From positions 25,668,001-25,732,000 of the forward strand of contig NC_043020.1 in assembly GCF_006345805.1 (NCBI RefSeq): 64,000 bases of DNA, written 5' to 3'. How positions within the stretch are numbered: the stretch's first letter is position 1; every line of letters starts with the position of its first letter. The position numbers and the translations under genes were made by a program. Shown piece after piece: positions 53,212 to 64,000 of the stretch. This stretch comes from Octopus sinensis (Eukaryota). The notes below the pieces were generated by a model. It searched no databases, had not been told where the DNA came from, and saw only the letters and a program-made list of their open reading frames with translations.

Positions 53212-53941
53212 AATATATATATATATATATAGCACAAATGACGATTAAAATTGACTACAGCTGTTTCAATAGAATTACTTTAACGTATAAAAAATTACAT
53301 GATTATACATAATCCACCAAGACCAGGTAGAATTTTTAACAGGTCAGGTTTGAAACAGGTAATAATCTAAGCCTCGGCCTGTTCACTGTCAATAATATGT
53401 AAGTGCATACATATATTTATATTCAAATACGCGTTAGATGCAGATCGAGAGATATAAACGATATCGAATACAGATACACAAGGTATGCTGTGTGCTAGAT
53501 CGCGAGTAGGCTGCAGTAATAACCATCAGAGAACATGGTCTGTTCAATGCTCCTGGTGTTAAAACACCTTGAAATCATAGAGAAGGGACATAACTCGCAT
53601 CAGGTCCTATTCAGTAGTGATAGATATTCATGTGTGTACCTGTGTATATGTGTGTGCGTATTTGTGTATGTTTGCCTATGTGTGTATGTGTGACTGTGTG
53701 TAATCAGTGTGCATTCAAAGCAATGATTAGTAATTTTACGAAACCGGTATGCTTTTGAATAATGAATTTTATTATTTTTATTCCCACCTCAGTTCATCAA
53801 GTTCTATATATCTATCGTTACTTTTCATAAAAACGCCATTACTGCTTTTTGATTTCCAATGTGCATTTTCGCTAATGCTTCTTCTTACTCTCCTCTTACA
53901 TTTCCACGTGTAGTTTCTACTTTCTTTTTGTAACACATTTC

Positions 53942-54008
<67 letters not shown>

Positions 54009-54023
54009 TATGTATAGATATAT

Positions 54024-54077
<54 letters not shown>

Positions 54078-54079
<2 letters not shown>

Positions 54080-54277
54080 TCCCGGGTTGAGTCGGGGTTA
54101 ACCACAGTAAATAAGGTACTCAATACATAGCAGAGTAAATTAATTTATTTTATAGAAGGAGCTTCTACAGGACTAGAACTGTTTCATTCAAAAGAAGTTT
54201 CTTGTCACCTAGCTTCTGATGATTTCTTTTGAATGAAACAGTTCTAGTCCTGTAGAAGCTCCTTCTATAAAATAAAT
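54078..54277. mobile_element. Short element with a perfect 54-bp inverted repeat (54143-54196 and 54224-54277) between (TA)n tracts, containing an HHR
   Basis: The arms are exact reverse complements; the HHR is on the plus strand at 54211-54260. Confidence 0.8.
54211..54260 (+). ncRNA. Type I hammerhead-like ribozyme
   Basis: AGCTT-CTGATGA-TTTC TTTT GAAT-GAAA-CAG..CTG-TA-GAAGCT. GUA site after 54254; U.U mismatch at the base of stem II and an extra G in stem I. Confidence 0.65.
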
Positions 54278-54763
54278 ATATATATATATATTATACTCAT
54301 ATAACTTCAGGCTATATATCTACCGACCTAATCCCTAAACATATTATTTTATTTTAACCATAGATATATTCCAGTTGAAATTCAGGCAGAAATTCTGGTG
54401 ATCCAATTGTTGGACTATATTAGAAAACTTGCTTATGAAGCAAAATATAATTATTCTGGTTCAATTGAATTAGCGACAAGATTATTAATAATACCCAATA
54501 GTTATTTGTTAATTTAGTTATTAATAATACGTTTCTTTTCTTCAAAGGAAAATACTTCAGATAATTTTAATAATTTCTCTTGTCCCTTATGATTTAAGGG
54601 ATATAAATACTAAAAGAACAACTACCTTTAATTTAATTTAATTAAATTACATGAAGGACGATTACCAAATAACGATCATGAAATTATTATGGGAAATATT
54701 TTTTCGAAGCACGTTTATTATCATACTGTCGATGAATTTAAATTAGTTAATATAGGCTCTGGC

Positions 54764-54927
54764 GTGACATTGTGGTAAGATGCTTGCTTTCCAACCACTT
54801 GATTCCGTGTTCAGTTCCACTGCGTGGCACATAGGGAGTCGGCTACTAGAAGATGGGTCCAGACAACGCGTTGTAAAAGGATTTGAGGGAGAGGAAACTG
54901 AAAGGAGTCCACCGTGTATGTATATGT

Positions 54928-54993
<66 letters not shown>

Positions 54994-55060
54994 CATGTGT
55001 TTGTTCCCTACCATTACTTTACAACCGATGATGGTGTGTTTCCAGACCCCCATTCGGTCA
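54764..55060 (+). mobile_element. Decayed SINE family B with internal (TG)n
   Basis: Head at 54764-54915, then (TG)n, then the start of the tail. Confidence 0.6.
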
Positions 55061-55224
55061 AGAATGCCCGTCGGATTGCAAGTAGAAAGTTATTCTCCAA
55101 GGCCCAAGTCCAGGAAAGGTTGTTTATGGAAGACCAGCAGTCGCCCATGCATATCACCTTCCACCCACCTCTCCACACCACCGATGTTATCCAAGGGTAA
55201 GGCAAAGGTCAAAACATATATGTG

Positions 55225-55375
55225 TGTGTACGATGGGTTTCTTGCACTATCCGTCAACCATATTCACTTGCTGTATCCGTAGCTATAGTACAAGGAATCC
55301 GCTGACGCTGCCTAGCAGTGAGACTGAACCCGGAAACATGTGCTTAGGAAGCAAAGCTCTTACCACATATATCTG
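55225..55375 (-). mobile_element. SINE family B head and body
   Basis: GACTGAACCCGGAAACATGTG..GCAAAGC..TACCAC on the plus strand. Confidence 0.65.
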
Positions 55376-55439
55376 CCTCGAAAATTATCGGTTAATTAAT
55401 TTTAGTAACAACTAATTGGGTTCATAGTTTTCCACAAGG

Positions 55440-55640
55440 CCAGCAAGGGCGGGAGAGGTTTGTAAATCGATTACCTCGACACCAATGTTTCCCAGGCACT
55501 CATTTTATCGACTCCAGCAGAACGAAAGGCAAAGTCGACATCGACGGAATTGGACCTCAGTATGGGAGTGTCCAAGACGGACGAAATGCTGCTAAGCATT
55601 TTGTTCGGCATGCTAACAATTCAACCAGCTCACCGTCTTA
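55440..55640 (-). mobile_element. Decayed SINE family A
   Basis: GAAAGGCAAAGTCGAC..GGAATT..GACGAAATGCTGCTAAGCATTT..GCTAAC on the plus strand. Confidence 0.65.
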
Positions 55641-56109
55641 TGCTCCGTAAGGATACTGGAGATCATGAATTTCATGATGGAGAATATATCATTTGAGCGG
55701 AAATACTAATTAAAATGAATGGTCATTATTTTAGTAATTTAGAGAAACAAATTAAATTAGCATAAATTAATCCAGCTGATTCATTATTATCATTTTCCCA
55801 TTCAAATATCCCCTGATGCACAACGCAGGTGATTCCTATTCAAATTATTATCTAAAGCTCAGTTGGAAATATATCGTACTACTACTACTACTACAACAAC
55901 TACCACCACCACCACCACCATCACCACCACCACCACCACCACCACCACCACTACTACTACTACTAATTAAAATGCCACCAGAAAAGCACCGCCGCATCGT
56001 TCACTAACACTTGCAATTATTATCCATAACCAGATAACAACGGGAATAGTAATAATAATAATAATAATAATATTAATAATAATAATAATAAAAAGAACAC
56101 CAACAACAA

Positions 56110-56188
<79 letters not shown>

Positions 56189-56951
56189 GGTGGTAGCAGT
56201 AGTAGTAGTAGTAGTAGTAGTATTGGTGGTGGTGGTGGTGGTGGTGGTGGTGGTGGTAGTTGTAGTAGTAGTAGTAGTAGTAGTAGTAAGCAGAAAAATT
56301 GGACCCATGATGCAACCAAGTAGCCGAATTGTCTTCCAAAATTCCAACTTCACTGATTCCTGAAGATCTCTTAGTTAACATTTCCACTCTCCGAGACTCC
56401 TTAACAGTCCCGTAATGTTCTCTTCCAAGTAAGGACCTGTATTATACAAATATAAATCCGAACTGACCATTGACATTACATAGGTCCTACAACTAACCTC
56501 TTTAAGAAGCGCTATAATGCACATATTTAAGACATTGCCATCAGAAACGGAGCGAATATAAAGGAGTTCAGACTTTTAACAGTAGAAACACTTAAAATAA
56601 TTTTAGCTGAATATAAATGACTTAAGCGAAGACACAAGAGCATATTCTCATAAACATAAAATATTACGATCATTTAAGTTCCGTAAGAATTCTTCGAATT
56701 ACCAAACAAGAATATTTCAATTCCCAAAATAGACATGTTTAAATATTGCCATCCGAGTCGTCTATTCTCTATATCTGAATGTGTTTCTACATGTGTGTAT
56801 GTTTGCATGTATTCACACACACACACACACGCGCGGAAACACACACATACACACACACATATATATACAGTAGTAACTTGGTTTTCGAAGAACTCTGAAC
56901 GCGAATAAATCATATTTTATCTATCTATCTATGTCCCAATTTATATATATA

Positions 56952-56983
<32 letters not shown>

Positions 56984-57119
56984 GCACACACACACACACA
57001 TATATATATACATATATATACACACGCATATATATACGTGTAAAAAAAAATATAGATATAGGTATAGATAGATAGATGAATAGGTAGATAGATAGATAGA
57101 GATAGATAGCTAGGTAAAG

Positions 57120-57155
<36 letters not shown>

Positions 57156-57237
57156 CATATATATATATACACGCATATATATACGTGTATAAATATACAT
57201 ATACATATATGTAAACATATATATGTATATATATATA

Positions 57238-57283
<46 letters not shown>

Positions 57284-57882
57284 CATATATGTATATATGT
57301 ATGTATATACGTATGTATGTATGTATGCATATATGTATATATCAGTTTAGTATAGTAAGATAGCAGGGTAACACTGTTTTGAGGAGATGATTGGGAGGTA
57401 GGGGGAGGAGGATGACATACTGTAACTGAATAAATTAAGAGAATTAAAAAAAAGGTAAGAACAAGATACGAAAATGTGAAAAAGACTTTTAGGAATTTAG
57501 TATTCAAAAATCGCTTAAAGTAAGAATATTTAAAACGTTAAAAAGAGCTTAAATAGAAAACCTTAAAAAATTCTTTTTTTTTTTAGCAATTCGCTAAAGT
57601 CTGAATAGAAAGAATAAAATCTCGAAGAATCTGGAACAAATCTCAATACGTCTTTTTTATTTCCTTTTTTTGAAAAGTTTCATTGTTATCAAATTTTAAA
57701 TTCGCAAAAGTCTCAAAATTACAAAAGTTTTAAATTTTAAAGTTTCGGAGACTTCGAGAACTTTATGGACGTAAGAAATGGACAGGCAGATAGATAGATA
57801 GATAGATAGATATATATATATTATATATATATATATATATATAGATACATAGATAGATAGATAGATAGATATATATATATAT

Positions 57883-57936
<54 letters not shown>

Positions 57937-57941
57937 GGATG

Positions 57942-58008
<67 letters not shown>

Positions 58009-58059
58009 CATACATACATACATACATACATACATACATACATACATACATACATACAT

Positions 58060-58370
58060 GAAGGCTACCCTCTTGTTATCGAGTATGGCCATTGCACGAA
58101 GCTTATCTGTTATTGGTGCTGTGATCGAATGTGACTTTTTAGCCCAGCTAAAGATCTACAATGTTTTCTACAGAATTGGCAACTAAAACCTTTATCGGTA
58201 ATAGCCGGCTGTAGTTGCAACTGGGCTTCATGTACCTTTGCATGTCGCTTAATTCTGTCTACCGAATTAATCTCTTTTCCACATGCCCGACAGACATGAT
58301 TAGTATGCTGTGTTACACCACCACCAGTGGCCAGGTTGTCACCCATCTGTCTCGTTTTATGACTACGAAG
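58060..58370 (-). mobile_element. 3' end of an RTE-like LINE with two terminal C2H2-type fingers and an (ATGT)n tail
   Basis: DRW motif, then CRAC..HAKVH and CQFCRKHCRSLAGLKSHIRSQH*. There is no TGEKP linker, and a short 3' UTR runs into (ATGT)n. Confidence 0.65.
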
Positions 58371-58371
58371 A

Positions 58372-58480
58372 TAATAATAACAGAAAAATACCTTAGGAAA
58401 AATACTTTAGGAAACCAGTTTCGAAATTTCTCCAAGACATAGTGAAAATTATTCCTCATCTCTTAAATATAGAACTGTAT
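58372..58480 (+). mobile_element. Internally deleted copy of the HHR-SINE tail (ribozyme removed)
   Basis: ATAATAATAACAGAAAAATACCTTAGGAA..GAAATTTCTCCAAGACA joins directly to ATTCCTCATCTCTTAA. Confidence 0.65.
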
Positions 58481-58529
58481 TATCTATCTGTCTGTCTGTT
58501 TGTCTCTCTGTTTGTCTGTCTATCCGTCC

Positions 58530-58587
<58 letters not shown>

Positions 58588-58636
58588 ATCTATCTATCTA
58601 TCTATCTATCTATCTGTCTGTCTGTCTGTCTATCTA

Positions 58637-58669
<33 letters not shown>

Positions 58670-58799
58670 ATCTAACTTTCTTTCTATCTATCTTTCTTTC
58701 TATCTGTCTCTCTGCTTGTTTGTCTGTGTCTCTGTCTATCTATCTATTTTTCTGTCTGTCTATACATACATAAATGCATACATACATATATAAATACAA

Positions 58800-58839
<40 letters not shown>

Positions 58840-59360
58840 ACACAGATATGTTATTTCTACAAATTCCTTTGGCTCCTTTCCAAGGATTCTCTTACTATTT
58901 ATTATAAATCTTCGCACAACCTCCATTTTATTTCTATTAATTTCAAAACTTATTTCGTCTTCTTCTTATTCCCCTTCATAAATTCTGTGCAATGCTTACG
59001 CTATTCGTTTACTTTCAATATATACACATATCTAAAATGAGTGCACTATTATAAATTTATTGTGCTTTCGTCTATTATTTCCTAGCAATTTTATTTGTCA
59101 TTTGTTCGACGCTAACAATAGTATTCCGGAGATTTTGGCAGAAAGTTTATCTTTTGAGAGAGAAAAAAAAGACAACAATAATCCCTGTTTCCAATGCAAA
59201 TGCTACACTGATTTCATAATCTCGTAATATTAAATTCATGCTACAAGTACAAAAATCCATTTAAAACTTATCCCAGTATCGTTCTTGTTACTGATAAGTT
59301 TATTAATGGCATGGTTTATGTTTCGTTTCTTTTTTTGCGCCGCGTTAATAATTTGCCTAC

Positions 59361-59408
59361 GGGCATATGGCGTACTGGTTAAAAAGCCCGCTCGATTACA
59401 TGCAGAGA

Positions 59409-59491
<83 letters not shown>

Positions 59492-59890
59492 TAATAATAG
59501 TAATAATAATAATAATGATAATAATAATAATATTAATAATAATAATAATAATCATAATGATGATGATAAAAACGATAAACGTCGCCCTTCGGAAGCTTAG
59601 CAAGGCTCATGGGCCCGGTTTCTCGGTTTCTGTGACCTATATGATCCCCCCAGCTGGACGGGACGCCAGTCCATCGTAGCGTTACTCAAGAAACAGGATA
59701 AAGAGAGCGAGAGAAAGTTGTGGCGAAAAAGTACAACATGGGTCGACTCCCCCCCTGCCGAATGAAAACCCAGGTTCGAAATTTCCCCAAGACACCTGAT
59801 GAAGGCTGGAGAGTATATCAGCCGAAACGTTGTGTTAACAACAAACAAAATGAGGACTAATATCCGTCAAATATAAATAATGTAAATAAT
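59361..59890 (+). mobile_element. tRNA-headed SINE-like element: head, (AAT)n and HHR tail, interrupted by a SINE C-type fragment (59580-59758, minus)
   Basis: A-box-like TGGCGTACTGG (59368-59378), GACCTGA(AAT)n; the tail resumes at 59759 and carries an intact HHR. Confidence 0.7.
59792..59835 (+). ncRNA. Intact minimal type I hammerhead ribozyme
   Basis: ACAC-CTGATGA-A-GGCTG GAGAGTATAT CAGCC-GAAA-CGT-T-GTGT: 4-bp stem I, 5-bp stem II, palindromic ACGT stem III, GUU site after 59831. Confidence 0.85.
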
Positions 59891-60604
59891 GGCGTTGTTA
59901 CGTTTCGTTTTTTTCTTCTTTTTTTTCTTTTTTTTTCTGTACCGCGTTAGTAACTTGCACTCCATTATATATTTTGAAATATCGTATAATAATCATATCT
60001 CAGATATTTGTGTAGGTATCTATATCAACATCTATATTTCTTAGTTTGTTCACCAATCGTGGATGTAATGGTGTTAATGGTTAATTTGTGTAGGTGCGGA
60101 AAAAAAGTATTTCTTATACTTTGTAAATTATTCGTCCTAAGATACCGAAGTAATTACAACCGATTCCGAAGATCCTTAATAAATAATAAAAGAACCCTAG
60201 GAAAGGATCCAGAACGAATCCTAGTAATATATGTGTGTGTGTGTATATGTACGTATATATTTATGCATGTATGTATGTATGTACGTATGTATAGATTTTG
60301 CAAATGATTTATGCCTAATCATACTTGTGCAAACGACACTGTAAGTATTATTGTTTGTGAAGATTATCCTGACGCATTCTATCGCTGGCGAAGGGAGAAA
60401 ATTCTTTGCGCCATTTCTTTCTATCCACAAATTTCAGAGTTCATATCACAGCAAGATCAATTTGCATTTCATTCTTTCGGGGTCGACACCGTATCAGCTA
60501 AATACTGGGGTTCACATAATCAACTAATCCCCTCACAACGAGAGACTGCTTCTGGTCTTGTGCTGAAATTTTGATAACGACAAATACATACATACATACA
60601 TACA

Positions 60605-60639
<35 letters not shown>

Positions 60640-61534
60640 TCATATATATGTATATATATATATACATATGTATGTATGCAAATACATATGAATATATATA
60701 TATATATATATGTATGTATATATATTCGCTTATAAATATACACACATATATAATTATATAAATTTTGTGTCACATTAAGTCTCGTCAGGCACTTTTCTTT
60801 AAAGTATATTTAGATTTTTTGTGGCTCAAGAAAATTAAAGCAAAACTGAGCAATATTGTATCTAAATTATCAAATTAATATCGAAATAAAATAAAATAAT
60901 AAATTAATATATATATATATATATATATACATATAAAAATGAAGAAATTGCTAAGCAAATGAAAATTGTCTATTTTATTATCTGTCCATATTTAATCTTT
61001 TCCATACGATGAAAAAAAAAATGAACAACATTTGAGAAAATGAAAAATAACAAGAAATAAAATGAAGAAGAGGAAAATAACAGAAATGTGTGAAGGAAAA
61101 ATGGAAATATACTTATAAAAATTTACAAAAATAATAGAATATATAATTTGTACATTGAATATTCCAAAATAAATTCAATTTCTAAAGACTATTAATAATT
61201 TCCTGTAAGATTTGTCAATGTAGCATCAATCTAGTACGCTGAAAATTACATTATCTTTCTCCCGGCGGGATTCGTTGGTGGTCCATTAGAAGATTCCGTC
61301 GAAGTAAATTTACACGTCCAATACTAACATACACGTACATGTATATGGATGTGCATGTGTATTTGTGTGTATGTATGTATGTATGTATGTATGTATGTAT
61401 GTATATATATATATATATGTATACATGTATATATGTATATATACATGTGTGTGTTTATGCTTGTATATATATATATATAAATATATATCGATATATATAT
61501 ATATAATTATACACACATATATAAATATATGTCC

Positions 61535-61592
<58 letters not shown>

Positions 61593-61868
61593 CACATTGG
61601 TTGATACAGACAAACACACACACACATACAAACACACATGTGTATGTATGTCTTTATACATACAACTTTATACATATGGATGTATATATATTTTCTATCT
61701 TTATTCCTACATTTCGATATATACTATATATATATTTTATGTATGTATATATGCATGTATGTATGTAGCTATATATTTTAGACATATATATATAATTATA
61801 TATATATATATATAATTTTCTCTATATATTTTATATCTATAAATATAGAAACACACGCCACACACTCA

Positions 61869-61917
<49 letters not shown>

Positions 61918-62877
61918 ACACATTCACACTCACATATGCATACTTATATGCAACTGCATAATATGCAAAGTTGCACTGGATCTCTCCTTGCCAATATATA
62001 TTCTCTTCTATACTTAACATTTATTTTAAATATATTTATTCCTTAACTCTTGTATTGCAGTTAGACTTACTATGCCTATAAAATTAAATAATACTCTTTT
62101 CAAGCGCACGATTCTGCTCAAATGATTTATAAAAATGTTAAATGCAACGCAAATTAGTTTTAATGTTTATTTTTCTACCAAATATATTTAAGCTTTTACG
62201 CTTAACGTGGAGTAGTATGTTTACGTGTCTGAAGAGTCTATCATTAAATCATGAAACGTAAAGAAACACGTTAGTAATTTGTAGAGTTTGATACACAGAC
62301 AGACAAACACTTACATACAAGAATGCACAAACACACTCACACATACACACATACTCACACAGACACACACGCACACACATATATATATATATATACATTT
62401 AAAGATATATGTTAGTATCTATCTATCTATCCATCTATCTATCTATCTCACTTGAAAAGGAAGGTGAGAATGGAGAGGGAAGTTTTGTCTCGCGAAAGAT
62501 TCAAAAAAAGATGGGTGAATGTTGCAAAGATGGTGCGTGCTAGTAACGAAACCATTTTGAGCATGATCCTGTAGATCGTAAAAAAGAAAGAAAGAGAGCA
62601 TTTTTGACCTCATGTGTTTATTTTCCTCCCTGACTGGGGTTCCCGTGGTCTTTTCTGTAGGCTTTTCTTCCCACGGATGAACCCAATCTTGTTATATCAA
62701 TGTTTACACCATTATTTCTGTGATACACGATTTTCCTTTTTTTCCTTTTTTTCCTCCTCTCGATCCCTTTTGATCGCAATCTTACATTTTTTATTTTTTT
62801 CCACCCTCGAAAAGAAAAGCTCTGCATTTTGTATTTGTCCCCTCTGTATTCAGCCCTGTGTGGCTAATAAAAGAAAG

Positions 62878-63033
<156 letters not shown>

Positions 63034-63677
63034 ATATATATATATATATATATACATACATTTAAAGATGTATTTTTAATATATACATGCATAATCAAAT
63101 ATCGATTGATTTTCGTTATTAATCACCTCTGCCTACGTGGATTGTTTTCGAGTACTTTGTTTTTGTCCGGAAATCTCTTTTTAAAGTAGAAAAAATAGCT
63201 AAGGTTCTTTGGCTGCTATTTCTACACTTCGGTATGTGGTAAAGCAAATCTTTGCTGAACCCTAATTATAAAATATTACTTACGTTTACCGAGGAATGGT
63301 CCCTTTTCATGCCGAATTCTACTTGGAGAAATTATTGATTACTAGTTAATTAATTAATGTTACCCTTTGTTATTATTGATAATATAATTTTTCTCGGATA
63401 AAAAAATACAGATTTTTCTGTAGTGTCGTTACTTGACGATACACGTGGATAGGCAGGGGAATGTGATGAACCTCATTCGTATGTTCTGCATTACTCCAGC
63501 ATCGCTGACTTTGATCTGCTTTCTTTTCCTTTTGTAGTTTTGCTTTGTACCTTCTCGCATAGTTCCGGTTTTACGCAGCAACATTCTTTAAAATATGTAT
63601 GTATTTATGTGCGAGTGTATGTATGTGTGTATATATGCATGCGTGAGTGTATGTATGTGTATGTTCACTGTGAGCAT

Positions 63678-63945
63678 GACCGACCAGGCCATCAGATGTT
63701 GATACAGATCGCTGGTCACAATGTGCTTCGCACTGTTTTAGCCTTCAAATGACGCCACCCCGCTGGTTAAGCGAGCAGGCCAACAGAAGAGTACAGCAGG
63801 GATCGCCACCAACCCCTGCCGGAACTTCCTGGAGCTTTAAGTGTTTTCGCTCAATAAACACTCACAACGTCCTGTCTGGTAATCGAAACCGCAATCCTAC
63901 GACCGCGAGTCCGCTGCCATAACCACTGGGTCATTGCGCCTCCAC
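63678..63945 (-). mobile_element. SINE family C head with an alternative 3' tail
   Basis: The head matches 44417 on the minus strand; the tail diverges after CTGCTGTACTC. Confidence 0.8.
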
Positions 63946-64000
63946 GTATGTGTATGTACGTATGTATGCATATATCTATGTATGGGTGTGTGTCTCTCTG

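Noticed and set aside
53251-53270. Minus-strand GAAACAGCTGTA with a palindromic stem III-like sequence near (TA)n
   Set aside because: No CUGANGA or stem II upstream; only half of a motif.
55967-56470. Possible host exon or membrane-protein ORF (MKLEFWK..., acceptor-like TAATACAG on the minus strand)
   Set aside because: The ORF is mostly (TAC)/(AAT) repeat. The unique part has stops in the acceptor frames and only faintly resembles a decayed LINE C-terminus.

Overview
AT-rich eukaryotic DNA, saturated with microsatellites and probably intergenic or intronic. The SINE families look cephalopod (Octopus-like); this is inference from recognised repeat families. I can support no host protein-coding exon, and almost all listed ORFs are microsatellite translation artefacts. 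The main signal is RNA-structural. At 4028-10160 there is an array of a ~532-bp unit, each unit carrying a minimal type I hammerhead ribozyme (HHR): 10 forward copies plus ~1.5 inverted copies, joined head-to-head between two (TA)n tracts. This resembles a retrozyme or Penelope pLTR that could yield ~532-nt linear or circular RNAs. About eight further HHR or HHR-like motifs from several unrelated short elements occur in the window, and their 3' ends abut (TA)n or (TAA)n. One family appears to be a tRNA-headed SINE with an internal HHR. Coding remnants are all from transposons: a Penelope-like GIY-YIG C-terminus, R4/Dong-like LINE fragments inserted in (TAA)n, a Tc3-like transposase pseudogene and an RTE-like 3' end. 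There are also many tRNA-derived SINEs, two mariner-type non-autonomous elements, two local duplications bounded by microsatellites (possibly assembly artefacts) and one 100-N gap. All folds were assigned by eye and none is experimentally or computationally verified.
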